From positions 76,403 through 140,402 of the forward strand of contig JAHLWR010000009.1 of NCBI GenBank assembly GCA_019057815.1: a stretch of DNA of 64,000 nt. Reading direction: 5' to 3'. The notes beneath the pieces are model-generated. The model made no database searches and had not been told where the DNA came from. It saw only the letters and a list, made by a program, of their open reading frames with translations. This document shows, piece by piece, positions 40,013-50,070 of the stretch; the first letter of the stretch is position 1; every line of letters begins with the position of its first letter. The position numbers and the translations under genes were made by a program. This DNA comes from Candidatus Heimdallarchaeota archaeon (lineage in GTDB: Archaea; Asgardarchaeota; Heimdallarchaeia; Heimdallarchaeales; Heimdallarchaeaceae).

Positions 40013-41305
40013 TTAAGATATATTGAGTCCTTGTTCGATTTTTTCAAGTACTGTAGTAGCTTGATCTTCTGTTATACATAATGGAGGTTGTAAACGGAGA
40101 ACATTTCCATAAATACCTCCCAAACCTATTATTACTCCTTCATTTTTCAGGTATTCAACCATCTTTTTCGCTTCATTTGAAGCAGGTGTTTTCGTTTGAG
40201 AATCTTTAACTAGTTCGATTCCAATCATTAATCCTTTTCCACGAATATCTCCAATAATTGGATTCTTTTGTTGCATATCTTTTAATCCATCTTTGAAATG
40301 CTTCCCAATCTTTACTGAGTTATCGACTAAGCTTTCTTCCTGAATTATAGCAATATTTTCTAATGCTACAGCACTACAGACAGGATTTCCACCATATGTA
40401 GAGAAAAAGTCTCCAAATGCAACACAATTAGCAATCTCACTAGTAACAATAGCTGCACCTATAGGCATACCACCACCAAGCCCTTTCGCTAATGCCATTA
40501 AATCAGGAGTAAGATTCCAATGTTCGCTAGCAAACATTTTACCTGTCCGACCAAAACCTGTCTGTACTTCATCTAGAATGAATAGTATTTCACGCTCTCT
40601 GAGTATCTTTGTGAGCGTTTTAAAATAAGAATCAGGTGGAATAATTATACCTCCTTCACCCAAAATAGGTTCCATAATAAAAGCTGCAACATCTCCAGCA
40701 GTGTGTCTATCAACTACTTTTTCTATAGCTAATGCTGCTTCAACACCACACTCTTCTGGAGATAGCTTTGATCTATAACAATAAGGAACAGGAGCATGAA
40801 CAACTCCAGGAGCATTAGCATATGTACTAAATCCTTTCTTATATTTAGCTTGACCTGTTAAACTTAATGAATAACCCAATCTACCATGGAAAGAGCACTC
40901 TAATGCAATTAGAGCTGAACCTGCTTTTCCTCTGGAGAAAGCATATTTCTTAACCAGCTTTACAGCATTTTCCACAGCTTCTGTACCACTATTACAAAGA
41001 TATGTAAATTTGAGATCACCCGGAGTTATCTCTGCAAGCTTCTCAACTAAAAGCGTCTGAGGTATGTTAAAGAATCGTCCTGAAGTATGAATTATTTTTG
41101 ACATCTGTTCTGATGCAGCTTCCACTAATCGACCATGGGCATGACCGACATTTGAAACGGAGATTCCAGCAAAACAATCAATATACTCGTTTCCTTCTAA
41201 GTCTTTGAGTAATGTCCCTTTTCCTTCTGTTAGTACAATAGGAACACGTTCATATCCTTGAACAAAGTACTTTTTATCGCTTTTCATTATCTCTTTAGAG
41301 TCCAT
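40013..41305 (-). CDS. Class-III PLP aminotransferase (omega-amino acid type)
   Basis: SGTEA, FHGR, EPILGEGG, DEVQTGFGRTG and AKG motifs. Confidence 0.92.
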   Translation of the reverse strand: MDSKEIMKSDKKYFVQGYERVPIVLTEGKGTLLKDLEGNEYIDCFAGISVSNVGHAHGRLVEAASEQMSKIIHTSGRFFNIPQTLLVEKLAEITPGDLKFTYLCNSGTEAVENAVKLVKKYAFSRGKAGSALIALECSFHGRLGYSLSLTGQAKYKKGFSTYANAPGVVHAPVPYCYRSKLSPEECGVEAALAIEKVVDRHTAGDVAAFIMEPILGEGGIIIPPDSYFKTLTKILREREILFILDEVQTGFGRTGKMFASEHWNLTPDLMALAKGLGGGMPIGAAIVTSEIANCVAFGDFFSTYGGNPVCSAVALENIAIIQEESLVDNSVKIGKHFKDGLKDMQQKNPIIGDIRGKGLMIGIELVKDSQTKTPASNEAKKMVEYLKNEGVIIGLGGIYGNVLRLQPPLCITEDQATTVLEKIEQGLNIS

Positions 41306-41347
41306 TTCTAACCACCTTAAATTGTTTATTTGGTTTTTATATTTTTC

Positions 41348-41376
41348 TGTTTAGATAAACATTAGTTTTCTAAACA
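41348..41376. promoter_or_regulatory. Palindromic operator, copy 1: TGTTTAG-N15-CTAAACA
   Basis: Perfect 7-bp inverted repeat between the divergent aminotransferase and mmsA genes; recurs at 51130 and 53107. Confidence 0.75.
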
Positions 41377-41451
41377 TTTATATTATCACTAGATATTTAA
41401 ATATTACTTGAAAGATAAAAGCAAAACTAATAAAGCTGGTAGAGTGAAATT

Positions 41452-42909
41452 ATGACTGTTGAGATACTAAAAAATTACATTAATGGTAAATGGGTGGAAT
41501 CAGAAACTGAAAAAACAAGAGATGTTATTAATCCAGCTAATGGAGAGTTACTAGCTCAAACACCTTTATGTACAAAAGAAGAAGCTCTATTTGCTATAAA
41601 AGCCGCAAAAGCTTCCTTTTGGAGATGGAGAACAACTCCTGCTCAATCACGAATAAGGTATCTTTACGATTTTCGTGATGCTTTGGAAGAAAATTTCGAT
41701 GAATTAGCTGAAATGGTCACGCTTGAACATGGCAAAACATTAGATGAGTCAAGAGGAGAATACCGTCGAACAATAGAGAATATTGAAGCTGCAACGCATA
41801 TCCCTTCTCTTCAAATGGGATATAATTTTGAAGATATAGCTTCCGGTATAGATGAAATGGTAATAAAACAGCCTTTAGGTGTATTTTTCTGTGTTGCACC
41901 TTTTAACTTTCCTGTAATGGTTCCAGCATGGTTTTGGCCATATGCAATAGCTACTGGAAACACTTATATTGTCAAACCTTCTGATCAATGCCCAATAAGC
42001 ATGGTAAGGCAATTTGAACTTCTGGATGAGATAGGTTTTCCAGATGGTGTTATAAATTTGTTGCATGGTGGCTCAGAGGTAGTCAGTACTTTAATTGAGA
42101 GTCCAGATACAGTAGGATTATCTTTTGTTGGTTCAACGAGGATTGGTAAGCTTCTCTATAAAAAATGTGGTGAGATGGGTAAACGAGTCCAGGTTCAAGG
42201 AGGGGCCAAGAACTTCATCACTATAATGCCTGACGCAGATATTGAACGAACTATTCCTAACATAATTACCTCCTTTTATGGTAATACGGGGCAACGTTGT
42301 CTTGCAGGCGGTGTATTGCTAACAGTTGGAGATATTCACGAACCTATAAAAAAATCACTTGTTGAAGCAGCTGTTCAAATAAAAATAGGGAAGGGAATAG
42401 ATGAAGACATACATATGGGTCCTCTTGCTTCAAAATCAGGAATGGACAAAGTCTTGAGTTATATTGAGAAAGGAATTGAGGAAGGGGCAGAACTAATACT
42501 TGATGGTAGGAATATCAAAGTAGACGGTACTCTCTCTGAAGGATTCTTTATCGGTCCTACAATTTTTGATAAAGTTACTTCTGATATGGTTATTGCTCAA
42601 GAAGAGATTTTTGGTCCAGTGATTCCTATAATCAATGTGAAAAATCTTGACGAAGCCATAGATATAATCAATGCAAATCGCTATGGTAATGCTTCATCTC
42701 TCTTCACTTCAAGTGGTAAAGCTGCTAGAGAATATCAATATCGTGTTCTAGCAGGCAATATAGGAATTAACATAGGTGTTGCTGCTCCAATAGCTACATT
42801 TCCATTTTCAGGAATGAAAGATAGCTTTAAGGGAGATTTACATGGGCAAGGGAGGAGTGGTATTGATTTCTTTACAGAAGACAAAGTAGTAATATCCCGA
42901 TGGCTTTGA
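41452..42909 (+). CDS. mmsA: CoA-acylating (methyl)malonate-semialdehyde dehydrogenase
   Basis: PFNFP, FVGS, GGAKN (no catalytic ELGG), GQRCLA, EEIFGP and FPFSG..DSF.GDLH motifs. Confidence 0.88.
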   Translation: MTVEILKNYINGKWVESETEKTRDVINPANGELLAQTPLCTKEEALFAIKAAKASFWRWRTTPAQSRIRYLYDFRDALEENFDELAEMVTLEHGKTLDESRGEYRRTIENIEAATHIPSLQMGYNFEDIASGIDEMVIKQPLGVFFCVAPFNFPVMVPAWFWPYAIATGNTYIVKPSDQCPISMVRQFELLDEIGFPDGVINLLHGGSEVVSTLIESPDTVGLSFVGSTRIGKLLYKKCGEMGKRVQVQGGAKNFITIMPDADIERTIPNIITSFYGNTGQRCLAGGVLLTVGDIHEPIKKSLVEAAVQIKIGKGIDEDIHMGPLASKSGMDKVLSYIEKGIEEGAELILDGRNIKVDGTLSEGFFIGPTIFDKVTSDMVIAQEEIFGPVIPIINVKNLDEAIDIINANRYGNASSLFTSSGKAAREYQYRVLAGNIGINIGVAAPIATFPFSGMKDSFKGDLHGQGRSGIDFFTEDKVVISRWL

Positions 42910-42953
42910 TAGATGGTTGCGAGAGAATGATATAGCTTGAAAAAGGTGATTAT

Positions 42954-43373
42954 GTGAGTTTAGGAACTTTAGGGGCAATACTGAAATATGCTATAAGTCT
43001 TGAGAACACAGCAATAATATTCTACGAAAAAGCTAGAACTGGTACAAGTGATCAAGAATTAATCGATGTATTTGAAAGCTTAATAATACAAAATCAAAAA
43101 AGTATCAAAAAATTGAAACGAACTCGTCGTGAACATACTATAGAGATGATTCTTGAGCCAATCAAAGGTTTAGAAAGAGCACAATTCATTATCAAAACTC
43201 AATCTTCAGAAGGAAGTGATGATAAATTATTACTTGTTTTAGCTAGAACGATGGAAACGAAAATTGAAGAATACTATATTGCTGTAGCTGAAAAAATAGG
43301 TTTTTTAGCTGAAGTTTCTTATACATTTCAACAGCTAGCTGAAAAACACGCAGAGAATCTTTCAATTTTATAA
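42954..43373 (+). CDS. Ferritin/rubrerythrin-like four-helix protein, metal site partly degenerate
   Basis: AISLE...FY and E...YY...EKH pattern; SD AGGTGA before the GTG start. Confidence 0.65.
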   Translation: MSLGTLGAILKYAISLENTAIIFYEKARTGTSDQELIDVFESLIIQNQKSIKKLKRTRREHTIEMILEPIKGLERAQFIIKTQSSEGSDDKLLLVLARTMETKIEEYYIAVAEKIGFLAEVSYTFQQLAEKHAENLSIL

Positions 43374-43473
43374 TTAGCATCTACCATTACCTTTTTCTTG
43401 TTTATATTTTAATATTTTTCAATTGTAATAAGATAACAAAAGTATTTATTAAAACAATCTAGATTCTTAACAA

Positions 43474-44544
43474 ATGAGTTTCTTGAAAACTATGCGCAAA
43501 CTCTCCATTCATTTTTTGGTTTACATTCTAATTGTAGGTTTAATTATGGCCTTCAGTGTTCTTATTTTTAAATTTGGTCCGCCAAAGATTGAATTCTATG
43601 ATTATAGTTGGTCTCATCTTGAACCTTATATTCCGGAAACTAATACAACGTACAGTGTTTTATTTGATCAACATTCACATACAAAATATAGTGATGGTAG
43701 GTTAACTGTTAAGCAAAATATTGAATGGCATATTACTATGGGTTTTACAGCTGTTGCAATAACAGATCATAATACTTTATCAAATTCTGATGAAATCAAA
43801 CTGTTAGCTGAAGAATACAAAAAGGAAATAATCGTTATTCAAGGAATGGAGTGGACAACAAGGAGAATTCATTTGAATTTTATTGGTATATCAGAATGGC
43901 ACCTTAAAATACCTATAAATCCTACTGACATTGAAATACAAGAAGCAATAATAGAGGTTCACAATCAAAACGGCATTGTTACAGCTAATCACCTTCCGTT
44001 TACAGAAAGAACAATAGGAAACAAAATGCCTACAAAAGAGGATCTTCTTTTATGGGGTGTTGATTTTATAGAAATTGTCAATGGAATGGATTTTGATGAG
44101 AAATCTTACTCTTTTTATCTTGAAAATAACGAAACTATAGGTCTAATTACAGGAACAGATATGCATAGTCCTGATAGTTCTGAAGGAGGAAGAGTCTATG
44201 CATGGACGACACTAAATACAGACAATTTCTCTAAAACAGCAATTATGGCTGAATTAAGAGATCATAATACTTCGTTCATTGTAAATCAGATGGGAGTTGA
44301 AATTCAAGGAATACATAAGATAAGTGCGACTTATATTGCTTTGCAACCTTTTTATGAACTTGGTGAGGGATTAGTATTTTATTATTTTAGATATGATAAT
44401 GTCAAAGATAATTTCAACAGAGTTATTGTATCAGTTTTCATTGTTTATTCCTTTGGAATATTCATTCTGATAGAATTTTTATTATATTTGAGAAATGTAC
44501 TTAAGTATAAACATAAGAAAAAACTTAAATCGAGTTTAAAGTGA
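43474..44544 (+). CDS. Membrane-anchored PHP-domain phosphoesterase
   Basis: HSHTKYSDG, TDHN, GMEW, NH and GTDMH motifs; TM helices at both ends. Confidence 0.85.
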   Translation: MSFLKTMRKLSIHFLVYILIVGLIMAFSVLIFKFGPPKIEFYDYSWSHLEPYIPETNTTYSVLFDQHSHTKYSDGRLTVKQNIEWHITMGFTAVAITDHNTLSNSDEIKLLAEEYKKEIIVIQGMEWTTRRIHLNFIGISEWHLKIPINPTDIEIQEAIIEVHNQNGIVTANHLPFTERTIGNKMPTKEDLLLWGVDFIEIVNGMDFDEKSYSFYLENNETIGLITGTDMHSPDSSEGGRVYAWTTLNTDNFSKTAIMAELRDHNTSFIVNQMGVEIQGIHKISATYIALQPFYELGEGLVFYYFRYDNVKDNFNRVIVSVFIVYSFGIFILIEFLLYLRNVLKYKHKKKLKSSLK

Positions 44545-44579
44545 TACTCATCAATCTTAAGAAGAGTTTTAGTTATTAT

Positions 44580-46751
44580 TCACGGTTTTTCTCTGTTCTC
44601 TTTTCTCTTCATTTCAAGATAGATTTCTAACTCTAAGAGTTCCTTAATAGGTAATGTTATCTGAGCAACATAATTAGATTTTTCATCAGTTTGAATGGTT
44701 GATGTAACAGCTTCTTCGATAAGAACTTCGTTTTTTACTTTTTCTGTAAATTCTTTCCATAATTTCATATATTTTTCATACTGATTATCAGATAAAAATA
44801 GATGATTCAAAGTGATTTCATCAGTGAAATTAAAGAGTTTTTTCACTTTTTCTAACTCTTTTTTACTAGCTGGTTCATCCTTCTTCGGATCTGGTTTCAA
44901 GAGAACCTGTTCTTCCAAAAAGTTTTGATATTTATCTATTAATAATGTAGTATCCCTAATTATTTTTATCATCAAACGAGGAATCATGAATGAATCAATA
45001 AAAGATCTAAATTGTCCTTCTTTTTGTTCTAAAGTATCTATGATGTTCGTATTTAGTGGTTGAATTAGATCGCTTCCTTTGGAGCTTAAAACATAATATT
45101 TTTTGAGCATTTGTGCTGAGCGTACTTGCTCTTCCCTGGACACTTTAATAAGATCCAGATTTGCTAATAGTTTTAAGTGCCCTGTCAAAGCTCCTTTAGT
45201 AATTTTAAGTTGATTACTAAGATTATTTAAGCTTCTTTCTTTCATAAAAAGAAGAAACATTATTCTAAAGGGTGTAGGACCCTTATTATACAAGTTAAGA
45301 AAGTCGCATAAATATTGTGTTCTTCTTAAAAGTTCCCGCGCTTTTGTAATATCAATTTCTGCTAATGCAGACTTACTAAGACTTAGGAACTGTTCTGCTG
45401 CAATAGAATAAGATTGCTGGAATTGTACAGAAGAGAGAGTGTCAGAAAGTTCAGTTAATTCACTAACTAAAATACCGTCACCAAAGTATTTTTTTATCTC
45501 CACAGCAAGGATTTCACTATAATTAACCATGGCAATTTTTGTGAAAAGGTAGTTAACTATTTCTTCTTCTGTTATTAGTTGAAGAATTACTTGAGCTTTC
45601 TTACGGTTTTTTATACTTTTACCAGACTTTAAGATCAAAGCTTCAGCTAAACGATAAGTCTGATTGAATATCTTGTTTTTATATTGATTATTTATTTCTT
45701 GTAATCTTCTTAAATAAGTATCAATATCAGCAGAACTAAGTTTTCTTTTTGTAATGAAGTGTATTAAATCAAAAAGAACATAGACTTCTGGATCAACATT
45801 TTCGACTTTTTGGGCATAATTTAGAGCTTTTTCCAAAGTGTCTAGCACTAATTGAGGATCTTCTAAATTCTCAAAAATTAAACTTAAACCCATCAATGAA
45901 AAAACTATTCCAAATTTGTAGTTTATGCTTTGATTAATGAGTAAAGATTCCTCATAATGAGTTTGAGCTTGTTTTAAATCATCTTTTTCTCTATGGATGT
46001 CACCTAAATTGAGCAATGTCCAAGAAATATCCTGTTGATTACCTATTTTCTCTCTGATTTTTAAACTTCTACTTAAGCACTTTTGAGCTTTATCAATTTC
46101 TCCTTTGTTTAGCCATGAATGTCCCAAACTAAATAATGAATGCGCTAAACTCCATTGATTCACCATTTTTTCTCTCATATCTAGACTTTTTTGGAAATTA
46201 TCTATTGCATTATCTATATCTCCTCTTTCACTATAAACCCAGCCTAAAAGATAATATGCTCGAGCCAAATGTGATGAATCTGCAATTTCTTCACACAAAT
46301 AGAAATTCTCTTGAGCAAAAATATAAGCTTGATCTATATCTCCCTTAGCAGTATCTACATATGTTCTATTGACAAGTAATTTAGACTTTCTTATGTTTAT
46401 TCCTTCAAGATTGCAGCTATTAATAAGGTCTTTAGTAGTTTGTACTAAACCTGAAGCATATTCATATTTATTCAAACGATAATTTGCATAGGTTTCAAAC
46501 GATAAAGCATCAATTTCTAGTAATATATCTTCTTGCTTCTTTGATTCTTTGCGAAGTTCTATTGATAATGTAATTGTTTTACTATACTCTCCTAAACTAG
46601 TAAAAACTTCACACTTCTGGTTTAGCAATGTTAAATTCTCTCTACCTGTCAATATGTCCTCTTTCTGAAATTTGTTTATTACATCAAGTGCTTCTTTATA
46701 TGAGCCTTCTGCAATGAGATTTTTAATTTTTATTGATTGATTCTCATTCAT
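44580..46751 (-). CDS. TPR-repeat protein with C-terminal winged HTH (putative regulator)
   Basis: About 40-aa TPR repeats (LGWVYSERGD, LGHSWLNKGE, LGDIHREKDD); ArsR-like SLNNLSNQLKITKGALTGHLKLL...KKYYVLS. Confidence 0.8.
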   Translation of the reverse strand: MNENQSIKIKNLIAEGSYKEALDVINKFQKEDILTGRENLTLLNQKCEVFTSLGEYSKTITLSIELRKESKKQEDILLEIDALSFETYANYRLNKYEYASGLVQTTKDLINSCNLEGINIRKSKLLVNRTYVDTAKGDIDQAYIFAQENFYLCEEIADSSHLARAYYLLGWVYSERGDIDNAIDNFQKSLDMREKMVNQWSLAHSLFSLGHSWLNKGEIDKAQKCLSRSLKIREKIGNQQDISWTLLNLGDIHREKDDLKQAQTHYEESLLINQSINYKFGIVFSLMGLSLIFENLEDPQLVLDTLEKALNYAQKVENVDPEVYVLFDLIHFITKRKLSSADIDTYLRRLQEINNQYKNKIFNQTYRLAEALILKSGKSIKNRKKAQVILQLITEEEIVNYLFTKIAMVNYSEILAVEIKKYFGDGILVSELTELSDTLSSVQFQQSYSIAAEQFLSLSKSALAEIDITKARELLRRTQYLCDFLNLYNKGPTPFRIMFLLFMKERSLNNLSNQLKITKGALTGHLKLLANLDLIKVSREEQVRSAQMLKKYYVLSSKGSDLIQPLNTNIIDTLEQKEGQFRSFIDSFMIPRLMIKIIRDTTLLIDKYQNFLEEQVLLKPDPKKDEPASKKELEKVKKLFNFTDEITLNHLFLSDNQYEKYMKLWKEFTEKVKNEVLIEEAVTSTIQTDEKSNYVAQITLPIKELLELEIYLEMKRKENREKP

Positions 46752-46787
46752 TGTGATAACCTCAAACGAGAAACTAATGATTTATAT

Positions 46788-48053
46788 TTATTCCATATTA
46801 TTAATATTCTTGTATCTAATACATGCTACAAAGTAATCTTCCTCAACCTTTTCAAGTTGTGGGTCTATTTTGAAGCAATCACCTTCTGCATATAGACATC
46901 GATCTTGAAATCTACATCCTTCTGGTATGTAAATACCACTAGGAACTTCTCCTTTAATTGGTAACTCCTCTGTTCTTCTAGCATCTGGGTCAGGTTTAGG
47001 AACTGCAGCAATAAGGGCTTGAGTATATGGATGTAATGGATTCTTAATAAGTTGCTCAGTTTCACCTTGTTCTACAATTCGCCCTAGATACATAACAGCT
47101 ATACGATCGCACATGTTACGTGCTAGAGCAAGATCATGAGTAATAAAGAGAAAAGCTGTTCCATGTAATTTAGTTAGTTCTTGCATTATTTTAAGCACTC
47201 CAACACGTATAGATACATCTAACATGGATACAGGTTCATCAGCAACTATAAATTCAGGATTTAATATGAATGCTCTAGCTACTCCTACTCTTTGCCTTTG
47301 ACCCCCACTCAGTTCATGAGCGTATCTATCGAGAAAATCCCTAGCTGGAACAAGCCCAACAGCTTCCATTTCAGCAATAACTTTTTCTTCGATAACAGCT
47401 TCATCTCTATCAATTTTTAAAAGTCTTAATGGTTCTGCTACAATATCTAGAACCCTAAATCGAGGACTTAAAGAATCATAAGGATTCTGGAAAACTATCT
47501 GAATATCTTTTCGTAATTTTTTAATTTCTCTTTTAGAAAGACTAGCTGTGTTAATTCCTTTAAAATAAATTTCCCCACTTGTTTTATCAAGAAGATGAAG
47601 TAGTAGAAAACCAGTCGTGGATTTCCCACACCCACTTTCACCTACTAATCCAAAGGTTTCACCACGCATTATCTTAAAAGAAACACCATCTACTGCATGA
47701 ACATAAAGTTGTTCTCCCCCTGATAATATTCGTTTCAAGAAAGCTATGTTTGATTTCCATCTATCTTTCGTAAATAGTGCTCTATATGTTTTTGATATTA
47801 TAGTAGCTATAGAGTGATTAAAGCACTTGAATCCACTAGTCAATTTGTTTTGGATAATTATTATAAATGGTTCATCATTTCTTTTTAGATTTATCCAAGT
47901 TTCCTTTAAAAATGGTTTTCGAAGAAAGTTCTTTATAGATTGAGTGATTGCTGATATTTTTTCTGTTGGAATTAAACTAGCAAGAAAACCTTTCATTACT
48001 GGAAACAATTTTTTCAAATTAACTGCTTCTATTACTATATTATCATCAGTCAT
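46788..48053 (-). CDS. oppF: Oligopeptide ABC ATPase (OppF/DppF) with N-terminal insertion
   Basis: GESGCGKST, LSGGQRQR, DEP, HPYT and C-terminal Cys motif; start overlaps the oppD stop. Confidence 0.9.
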   Translation of the reverse strand: MTDDNIVIEAVNLKKLFPVMKGFLASLIPTEKISAITQSIKNFLRKPFLKETWINLKRNDEPFIIIIQNKLTSGFKCFNHSIATIISKTYRALFTKDRWKSNIAFLKRILSGGEQLYVHAVDGVSFKIMRGETFGLVGESGCGKSTTGFLLLHLLDKTSGEIYFKGINTASLSKREIKKLRKDIQIVFQNPYDSLSPRFRVLDIVAEPLRLLKIDRDEAVIEEKVIAEMEAVGLVPARDFLDRYAHELSGGQRQRVGVARAFILNPEFIVADEPVSMLDVSIRVGVLKIMQELTKLHGTAFLFITHDLALARNMCDRIAVMYLGRIVEQGETEQLIKNPLHPYTQALIAAVPKPDPDARRTEELPIKGEVPSGIYIPEGCRFQDRCLYAEGDCFKIDPQLEKVEEDYFVACIRYKNINNME

Positions 48054-49107
48054 TATCTTCCTCATTCTCCTTGTTCTGATACAGATGGCATGCTACATAT
48101 CCATCTTTAGTCTGTGTATTAATTGGTTCATCTATTCTGCATATTTCCATAACTTGCGGACAACGAGGATGGAATCGGCACCCAGATGGTGGATTAATTA
48201 AATCCGGGGGAGAACCCTTAATCTCTATCAACGCTTTCTTAGGTCCAGTAACACTTGGAAAAGCTTCAATCAAAGCTTTTGTATATGGGTGCAAAGGTTC
48301 CTTAAAAAGCGTCCGTAGTTTGCCATATTCAACCACTTTTCCAGCATACATAATAGCAAGAGTTTCGCAAACTTCAGCTATAACAGATAGATCATGAGTA
48401 ATCATAATCATAGAAAGGTTGAACTTTTTTTGTAATTCTTTTGTTGCTTTAAGAACTTGTGATTGTACAATAACATCTAAAGCAGTCACAGGTTCATCAG
48501 CTATGACTATATCAGGATTGCTTATCAAAGCCATTGCTATGAGTGCTCTCTGTTTCATACCTCCGCTAAGTTGGTGTGGATAGTCCATAGCTCGTGATGA
48601 ATCGATCCCTACGGTTTCAAGAATATTGATTACTCGCTCCCAAGCTTCATCTTCATCAGTTTCAGGTTCATGGATTTTTATTACTTCCAAAATTTGATTA
48701 CCTACTCTATGAACGGGATTCATCGCATTCATTGCCCCTTGAAAGATCATAGTAATATGATGGCCTCTAATTTTTTGCATTTCTTCTTCTGTTAAATCTA
48801 ATATGTTTTTGGAAATTTCTCGTTCACTCTTCCGCCTAAATAACCTTTGTAAGCGAGATCTAGGACCTTCTAAATCCATAAAAGCTTGAGCTCTATCGTA
48901 CAATATCTCTCCTTCAACTATTCTACCTGGTGTTTGTATCATCCTCATGATGGAAAGACATGTAGTTGTTTTTCCACACCCACTTTCTCCTGCAAGTCCT
49001 AGTACTTCTCCTTTTTGCAGACTCAAGCTAACATCATCAACAGCTTTGACTGTCCCTGCGCGGATTTCATAATATGTTTTTAAATTCTTAATCTCAAGTA
49101 AAGCCAT
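48046..49107 (-). CDS. oppD: Oligopeptide ABC ATPase (OppD/DppD)
   Basis: GESGCGKT, LSGGMKQR, HPYT and CRFHPRC motifs. Confidence 0.92.
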   Translation of the reverse strand: MALLEIKNLKTYYEIRAGTVKAVDDVSLSLQKGEVLGLAGESGCGKTTTCLSIMRMIQTPGRIVEGEILYDRAQAFMDLEGPRSRLQRLFRRKSEREISKNILDLTEEEMQKIRGHHITMIFQGAMNAMNPVHRVGNQILEVIKIHEPETDEDEAWERVINILETVGIDSSRAMDYPHQLSGGMKQRALIAMALISNPDIVIADEPVTALDVIVQSQVLKATKELQKKFNLSMIMITHDLSVIAEVCETLAIMYAGKVVEYGKLRTLFKEPLHPYTKALIEAFPSVTGPKKALIEIKGSPPDLINPPSGCRFHPRCPQVMEICRIDEPINTQTKDGYVACHLYQNKENEEDND

Positions 49108-49111
49108 AGTA

Positions 49112-50059
49112 TTACCTCTGTCTAAGCCTTGGGTTCACAATTTCGTCGAAAGCCATACCAACGAAAGCAAAACTCAATGTGATCAATCCAATAGCTATAC
49201 CTGGGGGCCAGAAAAGCCACCAATTTCCTGAAGCGAAAGCTGCATGAACTTGTGCATTATGTAGCATTTGACCTAGAGTCCAAGTTAGAGGGTCACCTAA
49301 GCCTAAATAGGATAAGAATGCCTCATAAAGTATTGCTTGCCTCATCGAAGTTATAATCATTGTCAACATTAAGGGGAAAACATTTGGTAAAATGTGTTTA
49401 AAGATGATATAAGTTCTACTTGCACCTGAAGCTTTTGCACCTGTGATAAAAGCTCTTTGTTTAAGCGATAAAGCTTGACTACGTATTAATCTTGCTGAAA
49501 CGGGCCAGAAAACGATAATATAGATAGATGCTATAATGAACCATTGAGGAACAATGTCAATCCACGGAATTTTATCAACTAATAATGGAGCGATAGAAGC
49601 AAGAACGAGCATTAATGGTAATGCAGGAAGAACTAGAATAACGTCAGTAATACGCATGATTAAAGTATCAACCCAACCACCGATATATGCACTTGCTACC
49701 CCAATTGTAGTACCAAAGAGAACTGTTAAACTACCAGCAACTACACCAACAAGCAACGAAACACGTAGACTTTCTAGAAGAATAGTAAAAACATCTTGTC
49801 CATAACCATTAGTACCTAAAAGATGATCCCAATTAGGTCTAACATTTCTATCAATAGTAAAAAAACCGTAAGGGTCATAATCTGTTATATCTGGTCCTAT
49901 AATAGCTAATATAATAATAGTAACCATCATGACTAAACCAATAACACCCATCCAGTTTCTGCTGAAAATTTTTGTTGTGGAACCCCATTTTCTCAGACGA
50001 CGTTTCAGATTATTTGGATTTACAACCATTCTAAACAGATTTGTAGCTTTAATTGCCAT
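49112..50059 (-). CDS. oppC: Oligopeptide ABC permease (OppC/DppC)
   Basis: HLLGT..GQD, EAA-like loop, HILPN and NPRLR motifs. Confidence 0.92.
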   Translation of the reverse strand: MAIKATNLFRMVVNPNNLKRRLRKWGSTTKIFSRNWMGVIGLVMMVTIIILAIIGPDITDYDPYGFFTIDRNVRPNWDHLLGTNGYGQDVFTILLESLRVSLLVGVVAGSLTVLFGTTIGVASAYIGGWVDTLIMRITDVILVLPALPLMLVLASIAPLLVDKIPWIDIVPQWFIIASIYIIVFWPVSARLIRSQALSLKQRAFITGAKASGASRTYIIFKHILPNVFPLMLTMIITSMRQAILYEAFLSYLGLGDPLTWTLGQMLHNAQVHAAFASGNWWLFWPPGIAIGLITLSFAFVGMAFDEIVNPRLRQR

Positions 50060-50070
50060 TTTTATATCTC

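Noticed and set aside
47721-47969. OppF insertion as an intein
   Set aside because: No N-terminal C/S splice motif, no His-Asn end, and too short.
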